This document shows, in pieces, positions 38,350 through 47,746 of a stretch of DNA of 64,000 nucleotides (positions are counted from its first letter, which is position 1; each line of letters begins with the position of its first letter). The translations under genes were made by a program, and so were the position numbers. This DNA comes from Planctomycetia bacterium (lineage in GTDB: Bacteria; Planctomycetota; JAJSAM01; JAJVHW01). Under the pieces are notes generated by a model. That model had not been told where the DNA came from. It searched no databases and saw nothing but the letters and a program-made list of their open reading frames with translations. The DNA is taken from the NCBI GenBank assembly GCA_031404455.1, contig JANNHP010000312.1:25780-89779 (forward strand), in the 5' to 3' direction.

Positions 38350-39471
38350 TCAGCCGGCGAGGACGCGTTCGTAGAGAGCGACGTACCGGTCCACCACGGC
38401 GGGCCCCGCGAATCGCGCAACGGCGTCGGCGCGACCGGACTCTCCCATGCGACGCCGCAGCCCCTCGTCGCCCAGCAACCTCACCGCGCCCGCGGCGGCG
38501 CCCTCCACGTCGCCCACCTCGACGAGCAGGCCCGTCCGCCCGCTCTGCACGACCTCGGGCAGGCCGCCCGAATCTGTGCCGATCACCGGCACGCCGCAGG
38601 CGAGCGCCTCGAGCGCCGAGAGGCCGAACGATTCGTGCTCGCTCGGCAGGATGAAGAGATCCGACGCCGCGTACACGCGCTCCACGTCCTCCTGCTCGCC
38701 GAGGAAGTGGACGCGCTCCGAAACTCCCGCCGCCGCCGCGGCGCGTTCGGCGGTCGCGATCTCGGGACCGTCGCCGGCGAGGAGGAGGCGCGCCGGCACC
38801 TTCGCAGCCGTCCGCGCGAAGATGTCGATCACGTCCCTGACGCGCTTCACCTCGCGGAAGTTCGACACGTGCGACAGCACCTTCTCGCCCGGCGGGACGA
38901 GACACTTCCTGAGCGGGCTCTCCGCGCGCGGCTGGAAGCGCTCCACGTCGACGAAGTTCGGCAGCACCTCGATCGCGCGCGTCGGCTGGAAGAACCGGAG
39001 CGTCTCGCCGCGCAGCCACTCCGACACCGTCGTCACAGCGTCGCTGCGCTCGATGCCGTAGCGCGTCGGCTGGAAGTACGCGCGGTCGAGACCGACGATC
39101 GTGATGTCCGTGCCGTGCAGCGTGGTGACGATCTTCGGGCGCTTCGTTCCGAGCATGTCGCGCGCGAGCAGCGCCGAGACGGCGTGCGGGATCGCGTAGT
39201 GCACGTGCAGCACGTCGAGCTGGCGCGATTCAGCCACGTCGCGCAGGAGCGACGCGAGGGCGAGGTCGTAGGGCGGGTACTTGAAGAGCGGATACGGCGT
39301 GACCTGCACGCGGTGGAACGACACGTTCGCGTGGTAGCCGGTCAGCCGCGCGGGCCGCGCGTAACTGACGAAGTGGACCTCGTGCCCGCGCGACGCCATC
39401 GCGAGTCCGAGTTCGGTGGCGATCGCTCCGGAGCCGCCGTACGTCGGATAGCAGCAGATTCCGATGCGCAC
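38350..39471 (-). CDS. bshA: N-acetyl-alpha-D-glucosaminyl L-malate synthase BshA (GT4 glycosyltransferase)
   Basis: 373 aa. N-terminus MRIGICCYPTYGGSGAIATELGLAMASRGHEVHFVS closely matches BshA. GT4 C-terminal EX7E region. Confidence 0.8.
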   Translation of the reverse strand: MRIGICCYPTYGGSGAIATELGLAMASRGHEVHFVSYARPARLTGYHANVSFHRVQVTPYPLFKYPPYDLALASLLRDVAESRQLDVLHVHYAIPHAVSALLARDMLGTKRPKIVTTLHGTDITIVGLDRAYFQPTRYGIERSDAVTTVSEWLRGETLRFFQPTRAIEVLPNFVDVERFQPRAESPLRKCLVPPGEKVLSHVSNFREVKRVRDVIDIFARTAAKVPARLLLAGDGPEIATAERAAAAAGVSERVHFLGEQEDVERVYAASDLFILPSEHESFGLSALEALACGVPVIGTDSGGLPEVVQSGRTGLLVEVGDVEGAAAGAVRLLGDEGLRRRMGESGRADAVARFAGPAVVDRYVALYERVLAG

Positions 39472-39472
39472 G

Positions 39473-40192
39473 TCAGACGCTCCCGCCGAAAAGCGCCGCC
39501 ACGTCGGTGACGGCGAGCGCGCCCATCGGCACGAGCGGTTCGCCGAACTCGACGCCCGCGCGGCGTCCCCACACTCGCGCGCGCGCCTCGATGCGCGAGA
39601 AGAAGTCCGGCCGTGCGATCAGGGTCGGGAACTCGCGCTTCGCCTTCGGGTCGTGGAGCTGGCTCGCGAAGCACCGCGCGAGCTCAAGGCGCCGCTTCCA
39701 CACGGGCGTGACGTCGACGACGACCGCGTGCGTCTCCTCGTCGTGCATGAAGTAGTGGAAGACGCGCGCGGGACGGTACGGCCTGCCCGGTGCGTCGAAG
39801 TTCTTCATGCCCGCCGGATAGATCGATTCGGCGACCGCGCGTCCCGCGGCGGCATGGTCGGGATGAAGGTCGCGCGGCAGCGGCGCGAGCACGATCTTCG
39901 GCCGGTGCCTGCGGATCGCGGCGACGATCGCGATGCGAAGGTCCATCGACGCCTCGAGTTCCGTGTCCGGGAACTCCAGCGTCTCGCGCAGCGCGAGCTT
40001 CGCGAGCTTCGACGCGCGGCGCGCCTCGGCGGCGCGCGTGCTGCGCGTCCCGCGGCTCCCCTTCTCACCCGCGGTCAGATCGAGCACGCCGACGCGGAGG
40101 CCCGCGCCGGTGAGGCGCAGGATCGTGCCGCCGCACCCGAGCTCCACGTCATCGGGGTGCGCGCCGACGGCGAGGACATCGAGCCGTTTCAC
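39473..40192 (-). CDS. bshB: LmbE-family deacetylase BshB
   Basis: LmbE/PIG-L motif (LAVGAHPDDVELGCGGT). GTG start overlapping the bshC stop. Confidence 0.7.
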   Translation of the reverse strand: MKRLDVLAVGAHPDDVELGCGGTILRLTGAGLRVGVLDLTAGEKGSRGTRSTRAAEARRASKLAKLALRETLEFPDTELEASMDLRIAIVAAIRRHRPKIVLAPLPRDLHPDHAAAGRAVAESIYPAGMKNFDAPGRPYRPARVFHYFMHDEETHAVVVDVTPVWKRRLELARCFASQLHDPKAKREFPTLIARPDFFSRIEARARVWGRRAGVEFGEPLVPMGALAVTDVAALFGGSV

Positions 40193-41670
40193 GATGGGGA
40201 CTCCTCTCCCGGTCCGGGCGCACCCACGCGGAACATTACGGCCTGGGAGCCCGCCGCGTCCGCCGCAGCGAGCGTAGCGATGTGCTCTGCGAGGGCACCG
40301 TGGCCCATCTGCGCGAGCCACGGAAGCGGAGACACGCTCCTATCCTGCGGTTCGCCGCCGGGGAAGAGCGAGGCGAGGAGCTTCGAGCGTCGCGAATCGG
40401 CCGCCAGCGCCCGCTCCTTCGCTTCGCGCCGAAGCGCGTCGCCGTACGCCTCGACGCCATGCACCAGCGCCGCGTGCCGCCGCTGCACGGCCGCGGATCC
40501 CTCTGACGGCGCCTTCGCGACGAGTTCGCGGAGCGCTGCGACTTCGGCGGGCTCGGGCGCGTCGTCGCGCGCGTCGAGGTCTCTCAGTCCGGCTTCCGAA
40601 AGACTTGCGGGATCGATGCCCAGCGCCCGGCAGCGGCGTTCGTCGCCCGCGGTGAAGAAGAGCCAGGACGTGCGCGCGACGAGCGCCGGCTGCGGCACTC
40701 CGAGGAAAGCGTGCAGCTCCGCGAGCCGCTCGCAGTAGCGAATCTCCGACGGACCGCAGACCTGCGCCGCGACGGGAAGGGCGACGTCCTGAGCGAGCAC
40801 GCGCGTGACGACGTTCCACGAGAACGCTGAGTCGGGGAGCGAGCGCATCTCGTCCGTCGAGAGAATCGAGCCGTCCTCGACGCGCCACTCGTTGCCGGCG
40901 CGCTCGACCTTCAGCCGCCGCCCCGTGTTCTCGACGAGGAAGAAGAGTTCGTCGCGAGCGAGTTCGATCGACGGGGGCTGGCCGAGCGCCGCGGCGATCT
41001 CCTCCGCGGCGCGGATACGCGCCGCGAACTCGCCGGGACGCTCGATCTCGAAGTCCACTACCGGCCTCGCGAACGAGCGCAGCGTCTGCGGCTCGACGAC
41101 GACGAGTCCGTGCGGCCCGAGGACGCGCAGGAGGATGCGCGAGAACCACGACCCCATCGTGTCGTCCGCCGAGGGCTCGATCGCCGCGAGGAGATCGTCG
41201 CGCGACGGGCCCTGCGCAAGCCGCGCCCGCAATGTGCCCACGAGGGCGGTCGCCTCGGCGGGCACCAGCACGTGCGAGAGCATGGTGCGGTCGCCGGCGA
41301 GCGGGACGCGCAGCGTCTCGACGCCGTCGCCGAGCGCCATCGCCACGTGATCGCATTCCGCGTGGTCGTGATCCTCGGACGCGTTCCAGAACACGGCGAC
41401 CGCGGGAACGCCGTGGTCCGCGGAGATCCTCCGCGCGAGCGCGATGGCGTGACACGCCTTCGCCCAGACGAGTCCCGGCCCCGCGAGGAGCACGGGCTGC
41501 TGTCCTGCGACGACGACGACCGAGCGGCGCTCTGCGATCCGGCGCGCCGCGGCGACGGATTCGGACGGAGCGCCGAGCGCCTCGAGGCGCGCCGCGATCG
41601 CCGCCGAGACCTCCGCCCGAGGCATCTCGCGCGCCGACGCGCGGCGGACGGCCGTCTCGATCTGACTCAT
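40189..41670 (-). CDS. bshC: Bacillithiol biosynthesis cysteine-adding enzyme BshC
   Basis: 493 aa from internal Met (MSQIET). BshC/YllA motifs (VVVAGQQPVLLAGPGLVWAKACHAIALAR, FWNASEDHDHAE). Confidence 0.7.
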   Translation of the reverse strand: MSQIETAVRRASAREMPRAEVSAAIAARLEALGAPSESVAAARRIAERRSVVVVAGQQPVLLAGPGLVWAKACHAIALARRISADHGVPAVAVFWNASEDHDHAECDHVAMALGDGVETLRVPLAGDRTMLSHVLVPAEATALVGTLRARLAQGPSRDDLLAAIEPSADDTMGSWFSRILLRVLGPHGLVVVEPQTLRSFARPVVDFEIERPGEFAARIRAAEEIAAALGQPPSIELARDELFFLVENTGRRLKVERAGNEWRVEDGSILSTDEMRSLPDSAFSWNVVTRVLAQDVALPVAAQVCGPSEIRYCERLAELHAFLGVPQPALVARTSWLFFTAGDERRCRALGIDPASLSEAGLRDLDARDDAPEPAEVAALRELVAKAPSEGSAAVQRRHAALVHGVEAYGDALRREAKERALAADSRRSKLLASLFPGGEPQDRSVSPLPWLAQMGHGALAEHIATLAAADAAGSQAVMFRVGAPGPGEESPS

Positions 41671-42404
41671 TGCGCCACCCCCGCGAGCACCAGGCGGTCC
41701 GCGTCGTCGCTCCAGACGCCGCCGGCGAGGTCGCCGTGGACGGAGACGGCGCGCAGGCCCGCCGCCGCGAGCATCGCCGTCATCTCCTCCCTGCCGTAGA
41801 GGCGCACCGATTCCTTCCAGCGGTCCACGCGCTTGCCGTCGGCGCCGCGCACCTCGACCTCCTTCTCCACGCGCCCGTCCTTGATGCAGCGGTGCTCGCG
41901 GACGGTGCGATCGCCCATCGTGCGCTCGGACGACGCCACGAGCGTCGCCGCGACGCGCGGCGCGCTGAGGAAGTCGAGGACGAACGTGCCGCCCGGGCGC
42001 AGCACGCGGCGGACCTCCGAGAGGTGCGCGCGGTCGCCTTCGTCGTCGAAGTAGCCGAACGACGTGAAGAGGGAGACAACGTGCGCGAAGGATCCGCCCG
42101 CGAACGGAAGGTGCCGGAAGTCCGCTCGCACGCAACGCGCGCCGCCGCGCCGCCGCGCCTCGGCGAGGAGTTCCTCCGAGTAGTCGATGGCGAAGACGTC
42201 CGCGCCGAGCGCCGCGAAGGCGCGCGCGTGGCGCCCCGCTCCGCAGCCGGCGTCGAGGAGCCGCGCGCCCGGCGCGACGCCGAGCAGCGACGCGACGAAC
42301 TTCGCCTCGCGTTCCGCGGAGGCGTCGTCGCGGTGCGCGTAGACGTCGAGGTAGGCGCGGCGGAACGCCTTCGTCCACCATTCGGCGCCCGCTCGAGCGG
42401 TCAC
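41667..42404 (-). CDS. Class I SAM-dependent methyltransferase
   Basis: SAM-binding motif I (LLDAGCGAGRHA) and post-I acidic residue. GTG start overlapping the pyrF stop. Confidence 0.75.
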   Translation of the reverse strand: MTARAGAEWWTKAFRRAYLDVYAHRDDASAEREAKFVASLLGVAPGARLLDAGCGAGRHARAFAALGADVFAIDYSEELLAEARRRGGARCVRADFRHLPFAGGSFAHVVSLFTSFGYFDDEGDRAHLSEVRRVLRPGGTFVLDFLSAPRVAATLVASSERTMGDRTVREHRCIKDGRVEKEVEVRGADGKRVDRWKESVRLYGREEMTAMLAAAGLRAVSVHGDLAGGVWSDDADRLVLAGVAQ

Positions 42405-43315
42405 GCGGCTCTCGGGCCTCCGGTCGCGGCGGCGAGGGCGTCGCTCATCTCGTAGACGGCCGCGGCGACGGAGTCGCGCCAGCGCTTGTCGCCGAAACGC
42501 TCCGCGTGCGCGCCCGCGCGGAACGCGAACGTGAGGCCGCGAGAGCTGTTGACGATGGCGCCCGAGCCGTCGGGAAGGAACGCCTTCGCGCTGTCCTGCG
42601 CGGTCGCGCCCTGGGCGCCGTAGCCGGGGACGAGCAGCGGCGTCCTTGGCATCGCCGCGCGAAGCTCCGAGAGCTCGTCGGGGAACGTCGCGCCCGTGAC
42701 CGCGCCGACCGAGGAGAGTCCGCACCTGCCGACGAGCGAAGGGTCGGCGCCGATCTCCTTCACCATCTTCGCCACGCGGCGCGAGAGCGGCGCGTCGCCG
42801 GTTGAGAGGTCCTGCAGGTCGGTCGATCCCGGGTTGCTCGTCTTCACGAGGACGAAGAGCCCCTTGCCCGCGGCGCGGCAGTGCGTGAGGTACGGCTCGA
42901 GCGAGTCGCGGCCCATGTACGGATTGACGGTGATCGCGTCGGCGCCGATGAGTCCGAAGTGCCCCTCGGCGTACGCCTCGGCGGTCGAGCCGATGTCGCC
43001 GCGCTTCACGTCGGCGATGACGAGGAGGCCCTTCTCCTGTGCCGCGATCACCGTCTCGTGGTAGGCGCGGAAGCCCGCGGCGCCGAGCGCCTCGAAGAAC
43101 GCGATCTGCGGCTTGACCACGGGGACGATCGGCGCGATCACGGTGATCAGCTCGCGTGCCCAGTTCGAGATGGCGAGCGCCTGCTCGTTCGGCGTGTCAC
43201 GCTTCGGTTTGAACTCCGCGGGGAGGAGGTTCACGCGCGGGTCGATCCCGACGCACACGGCCGAGCGCTTCTCGCGGCACGCGTTCGTCAGGCGGTCGGC
43301 GAAGTTGGTGGCCAT
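42401..43315 (-). CDS. pyrF: Orotidine 5-phosphate decarboxylase (type 2)
   Basis: 304 aa. Type-2 OMPDC motifs (VCVGIDPR, KPQIAFFE, VIADVKRGDIGST). Confidence 0.85.
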   Translation of the reverse strand: MATNFADRLTNACREKRSAVCVGIDPRVNLLPAEFKPKRDTPNEQALAISNWARELITVIAPIVPVVKPQIAFFEALGAAGFRAYHETVIAAQEKGLLVIADVKRGDIGSTAEAYAEGHFGLIGADAITVNPYMGRDSLEPYLTHCRAAGKGLFVLVKTSNPGSTDLQDLSTGDAPLSRRVAKMVKEIGADPSLVGRCGLSSVGAVTGATFPDELSELRAAMPRTPLLVPGYGAQGATAQDSAKAFLPDGSGAIVNSSRGLTFAFRAGAHAERFGDKRWRDSVAAAVYEMSDALAAATGGPRAA

Positions 43316-43321
43316 GGCGCG

Positions 43322-43942
43322 TCACACCATCGCCGCGAGGGCGTCCGCGAGGAAGTTCGCGAGGAGCGCCGGGCCGCTCGGCGTGAGGTAGGACTCGGGG
43401 TGGAACTGGACGCCCTCGATCGGCAGTTCGCGGTGCCGGAGGCCCATCAGCTCCCCCGAAGCGGTGCGCGCGGTCGCGACGAGTTCCTCCGGCAACGGTT
43501 CGGCGACGACGAGGGAGTGGTATCGCATGGCGACGAGCGGACTCGGGAGACCCCTGAGCACGCCGCGGCCGTCGTGGAGGACGTCGCTCGTCTTCCCGTG
43601 CACGGGCGAGGGCGCGCGGACGACGCTCCCCCCGAACGCGACTCCGATCGCCTGGTGCCCGAGACACACGCCGAGGAGAGGGATGCGCAGCCCGGCGGCC
43701 GCGCGGACGAGGCCGACGGAGATCCCGGCCTCGCGCGGCGTGCACGGCCCCGGGGAGAGGACGATCGCGGAGGGCTCGAGCGCGAGCGCGCCGGCGACGG
43801 ACACGGCGTCGTTGCGCCGCACCATCACCTCGGCGCCGAGCGCCGCGAGCGTCTGCACGAGGTTCCAGGCGAACGAGTCGTAGTTGTCGACGATGAGCAC
43901 GCGCACGCCGCGACCTTCGCACGCCGCGGCACGTGTCCGCAA
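43322..43942 (-). CDS. trpG: Anthranilate/aminodeoxychorismate synthase glutamine amidotransferase component
   Basis: Class I GATase ([28 protein letters not shown]). A GTG start near 43906 is possible. Confidence 0.85.
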   Translation of the reverse strand: MRTRAAACEGRGVRVLIVDNYDSFAWNLVQTLAALGAEVMVRRNDAVSVAGALALEPSAIVLSPGPCTPREAGISVGLVRAAAGLRIPLLGVCLGHQAIGVAFGGSVVRAPSPVHGKTSDVLHDGRGVLRGLPSPLVAMRYHSLVVAEPLPEELVATARTASGELMGLRHRELPIEGVQFHPESYLTPSGPALLANFLADALAAMV

Positions 43943-43996
43943 GTGCGGGGAGTCGGGGGGCGTGACGAACTCCCTCGCGCGCGCCGACGCGTCGCC

Positions 43997-46195
43997 TCAG
44001 GCCTGCTCGGCGGGCAGCGGCGCGCCGAGCGGCAGCGTGAACGCGAAGATGCTGCCGCCGCTGCGCGCCGGCTCGTACCAGATCGTCCCGCCCTGGCGCT
44101 CGAGGATCGCGCGCGCCATCGGGAGACCGAGCCCGAGGCCCGGCGGCTTGTCGGTGAGGACGTCGCCGAGCTGCTTGAACTTGTCAAAGATCACCGCGCG
44201 CAGGTGTTCGGGGATGCCGGCGCCGCGATCGCGCACGTCGATGCGCGCAGCGTCGCCGACGTGGCGGATCGCTACGTGGACCTCCGTGCCCTCGGGTGCG
44301 AACTTCGCCGCGTTCGAGAGGAGCGCGTCGAACACGCGCGCGATCCACCGGGCGTCGGCGCGCGCCGGAGCCATGCCCTCGTCCACGAGCAGACGGACCG
44401 AGATTCCGCGCGCGACGAAGCTCGGCCGGTTGCGCTGGTACGACGCGACGAGGCACTCCTTCATGTCGAGCGTGCCCGCGGTCATGTCGACCTTGCCCGC
44501 CTCGATCCGCGAGAGGTCGAGGAGCGTCTGGACCATCTCCGTCAGGCGCGCCGCCTCGCGGTGGATGATCGTCGAGAACTCCGTGCGCTCCGCCGCGGAC
44601 GCGGGCGCCGAGTCGCCGGCGATCCCGGCGAGGATCTCCGCGAAGCTGGAGATGGACGTGAGCGGCGTCAGGAGCTCGTGGCTCATCGACGAGAGGAAGT
44701 CGTCCTTCAGCCGGTCGAGCACCTGCAGGTCGCGGCACGCCTGCTCGAGTTCGCGCGTCCTCTCGGCGACCTTGCGCTCGAGGTCACGGTTCAGCGTCTC
44801 GACGCGCGCGAAGAGCCGCGAGTTCTCGAGCGCCACCGCCGCCTGCGACGCGATCGCGGTGAGGAACCTGAGGCGCATCGCGACGTCGTGGTCGAGCGAC
44901 CCGGTCGGCAGGTACGCGACGATCGCGCCGAGGACCTCGGTCTGGTGGACGAGCGGCGCCACGAGCGCGAGCAGCGGCGCCTCCGCGGCGCAACCCGGCG
45001 CCGGGTCGGAGCCGTCCCGGGAGAGCTCGATCTGGAAGGCGCGGCGTTCGAGCACCCGCTGGAGGATGCCCGGATCGGTCCGTCCGCCGCGGGCCAGCGG
45101 GTCCCTGCTGAAGCCCTGCACCATGCGTTCGACGAGCGAGTCGCCGCCGTCGCCGACGAGGAGGACGCTGCCGAGCGACGAGCCGACCGTCCGGAGCGAC
45201 GCGTCGAGGATGCGCTTGAGGAGGCGGTCGCCGTTCAGCTCGGAGGAGACGACGACGCCGGTCTCGTGGAGGGCGGCGAGCTGCCTCACGTGGTCGCCGA
45301 GGCGGTGCTTCACCTCGTTCAGCTCGGAGACGAGCTCCGCCGACGCGATGTGGGTGTCGACCGCGCGCTCGAGCAGCTTCTCGACATCGGGCGTGTCGTC
45401 GTCGCCGTCCTTCGCGACCTCGATGATCGTGTCGGTCCGCTGCATGTCGGGGCCCGCGCCGACGAGCTCGGCGCTCGCCCACACGACACCCGTGGTCGGC
45501 TCGGGCGACGGGACGGGCGGTGTCGGCGCGGAGCGCGCCGTGGCGGACCTGCCGAGCGCCGCGAGCCGCTCGCGCAGCACCTCGCGGGCGGCGGCGGGGT
45601 CGCCGATGCGGTACTCGCGCGCGATGTTCGACATCATCCCCGAGCAGACCTCGGTGAACGCCTCGAACACTCCGTTGCCCGTCGTCGCGATCGTCTGGAA
45701 GTCGGGAACCCCGCGCGAGTTGAGCGTCGTCCGGAGCCGCGCCGCGGGCGCGGCTCCCGGCGCGTCGCGCTTGTTGTACTGGAGCACGAGCGGGACGCTC
45801 TCGGGGTCGAGACTGTTCGCCTCGAGGTTCTCGCGCAGCGTGACGAGCGACTTCACGTTGTCCTCGAACGCCTCGGAGCGCGAGTCGGCGACGAAGATGA
45901 CCGCGTCGGCGCCGCGCAGCACGTAGCGGCGCGTCAGGTTGTACTTCACCTGCCCCGGCACGGTGAACGCCTGGAGCTTCACCTGGTAGCCCGAGATCGA
46001 GCCGAGCGCGATCGGCAGGAAGTCGAAGAAGAGCGTGCGGTCGCCCTCGGTGTTGAGCGACACGAGCTCGATCCGCCGCTCCGGGTCGATGACCCGGTGG
46101 ACGTATTTCAGGCTCGTCGTCTTGCCGGAGAGTGCGGTGCCGTAATAGACGATCTTCGCGTTGATCGTCTTGTCCCGAACGTTGATCAGGCTCAT
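43997..46195 (-). CDS. Fusion protein: MglA-like Ras-family GTPase + GAF domain + histidine kinase (HisKA/HATPase_c)
   Basis: 732 aa. Residues 1-190 resemble MglA (INAKIVYYGTALSGKTTSL P-loop, TEGDRTLFFDF, TVPGQ, YNKRD). A GAF-like middle region. HisKA H-box (SMSHELLTPLTSI) and N/G1/G2 boxes (LLSNAAKFAP, DRGAGIP, GLGLGLPMA). Confidence 0.8.
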   Translation of the reverse strand: MSLINVRDKTINAKIVYYGTALSGKTTSLKYVHRVIDPERRIELVSLNTEGDRTLFFDFLPIALGSISGYQVKLQAFTVPGQVKYNLTRRYVLRGADAVIFVADSRSEAFEDNVKSLVTLRENLEANSLDPESVPLVLQYNKRDAPGAAPAARLRTTLNSRGVPDFQTIATTGNGVFEAFTEVCSGMMSNIAREYRIGDPAAAREVLRERLAALGRSATARSAPTPPVPSPEPTTGVVWASAELVGAGPDMQRTDTIIEVAKDGDDDTPDVEKLLERAVDTHIASAELVSELNEVKHRLGDHVRQLAALHETGVVVSSELNGDRLLKRILDASLRTVGSSLGSVLLVGDGGDSLVERMVQGFSRDPLARGGRTDPGILQRVLERRAFQIELSRDGSDPAPGCAAEAPLLALVAPLVHQTEVLGAIVAYLPTGSLDHDVAMRLRFLTAIASQAAVALENSRLFARVETLNRDLERKVAERTRELEQACRDLQVLDRLKDDFLSSMSHELLTPLTSISSFAEILAGIAGDSAPASAAERTEFSTIIHREAARLTEMVQTLLDLSRIEAGKVDMTAGTLDMKECLVASYQRNRPSFVARGISVRLLVDEGMAPARADARWIARVFDALLSNAAKFAPEGTEVHVAIRHVGDAARIDVRDRGAGIPEHLRAVIFDKFKQLGDVLTDKPPGLGLGLPMARAILERQGGTIWYEPARSGGSIFAFTLPLGAPLPAEQA

Positions 46196-46294
46196 GCCAC
46201 CTCGGTGCGGGCTGGAAACGACTCCTCCTCATCGTCCCGCCGCACCCCCCGGCGTTAGCCGGACGGACCGGCTCCCGCGAGCTAGCTTCCTCGC

Positions 46295-47428
46295 GTGGAC
46301 GAGATCTACCTCGACGCGAACGCCTCCTCCCCCCTGCGCGCGGAGAGTCGCGCGGCGCTCCTCGCCGTCCTCGACCTCGGGCCGGGCAACGCGTCCTCGC
46401 CGCACGGGGCGGGCCGGCGCCTTCGCAAGGCGCTCGGCGACGCCCGCGAGTCGGTCGCGGCGCTCGTCGGAGCGCGGCCGGCGGAGATCGTCTTCACGTC
46501 GGGCGCGACCGAGTCGAACGCTCTCGCGATCCTCGGCACGCTCGCCGCTACGCCGGGGGCGCTCGTCGCGACGCGGGCCGAGCACGCGTCGGTCGTGCGG
46601 GTCGCCGAGCGTGTGGCGGCGACGGGCGGCGAGGTCCGGTGGGCGGGCGTGGACCGATGGGGGAGGTACGACGCCGGCGAGGTCGTGACACTCTGCGCGG
46701 GCGCGGCGCTCGTCGCCGCCACGATGGCGCAGTCGGTCACCGGGGCGATCGAGCCGGTCGTCGAGGTCGGGCGACGTCCCGGTCCCACGGCGTTCCACGT
46801 CGACGCCGCGCAGGCCGCGGGGCGGGTCGGCGTGCTGGTCCGCGAGATCGCCGCGACGACTCTCTCCCTCTCGGGCCACAAGATCGGCGGTCCCCAGGGC
46901 ATCGGCGCCCTCTACGTGCGGGAGGGGACGGCGTGGCGCAACCCGTTCGGCGAGGGGACGCAGGAGCTGGGACGGCGCGGGGGAACCGAAGCGGTCGCCC
47001 TCGCCGCGGCGTTCGGCGAAGCGGCGCGAGCCGTCCTCCTGGATGCCGGGGGCGAGGCGTCGCGCATGCAGGGCCTCGTCGGGACACTGAGGGACGCCGT
47101 CGCCGCGATGCCCGGCGCCGAGATCGTCACGCCGGCGCAGGGCGCCCTCGCGAACACGCTTCTCGTGGCGTTCGACGGCTGTCCGGGCGACGCCGTGATG
47201 GCGGCGCTCGACGCGCGCGGCATCCGCGTGTCGACCGGATCCGCGTGCGCGAGCGGCGCGCGGCTGCCGCCCGAGGTGCTCCTCGCAGGCGGCCGCTCTC
47301 GCGAGGAGGCGGCGCGCGCGGTCAGGATCTCGGCCTCCTGGGCCACCACGGCAGCGGAGATTCGCGCTCTCGTCGCTGCGCTGCCCGAGGTGCTGACGCG
47401 CGTGCGCGCGGCCCGGCCAACGAGTTAG
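46295..47428 (+). CDS. Cysteine desulfurase (class V aminotransferase, IscS/NifS-like)
   Basis: 377 aa. PLP-lysine motif (SLSGHKIGGPQGIGALYV), active-site Cys loop (STGSACASG). Confidence 0.85.
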   Translation: MDEIYLDANASSPLRAESRAALLAVLDLGPGNASSPHGAGRRLRKALGDARESVAALVGARPAEIVFTSGATESNALAILGTLAATPGALVATRAEHASVVRVAERVAATGGEVRWAGVDRWGRYDAGEVVTLCAGAALVAATMAQSVTGAIEPVVEVGRRPGPTAFHVDAAQAAGRVGVLVREIAATTLSLSGHKIGGPQGIGALYVREGTAWRNPFGEGTQELGRRGGTEAVALAAAFGEAARAVLLDAGGEASRMQGLVGTLRDAVAAMPGAEIVTPAQGALANTLLVAFDGCPGDAVMAALDARGIRVSTGSACASGARLPPEVLLAGGRSREEAARAVRISASWATTAAEIRALVAALPEVLTRVRAARPTS

Positions 47429-47475
47429 GCGCGTCGCTCAGAGCGAAGAATAATTCTTCGTTCCCGCGACGCGCC
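47428..47475. terminator. Nested inverted repeat (GGCGCGTCGC ... CGAAGAAT-A-ATTCTTCG ... GCGACGCGCC) at the cysteine desulfurase stop
   Basis: Outer 10-bp arms enclose a perfect 8+1+8 AT-rich palindrome. Candidate factor-dependent terminator or protein-binding site. No U-tract. Confidence 0.3.
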
Positions 47476-47746
47476 ATCCGCGCGGCTTCCGGCGCGGTCG
47501 CGATTCGGCGGCTACCTTGGAAGCGAGGATTCGCCTAGCTTTCGTGGCGAAGGACGGGGTGTCACGCGGCTTTTGACACGCGCAGCGCGAGGGCTAGAAT
47601 TCTCCACTGTCGGCGGCGCGACGGCGGCGCGCGGCCCCTCGACGAGAGGGTCCCCGCTCCGGTGTCCAGCGGCCGTTCTTCATCTGAACGAACGTGATTC
47701 GCTCAATGGGAGACGCGGCCCTCTCGGCCGGTCTTCGGGAGAGGCC

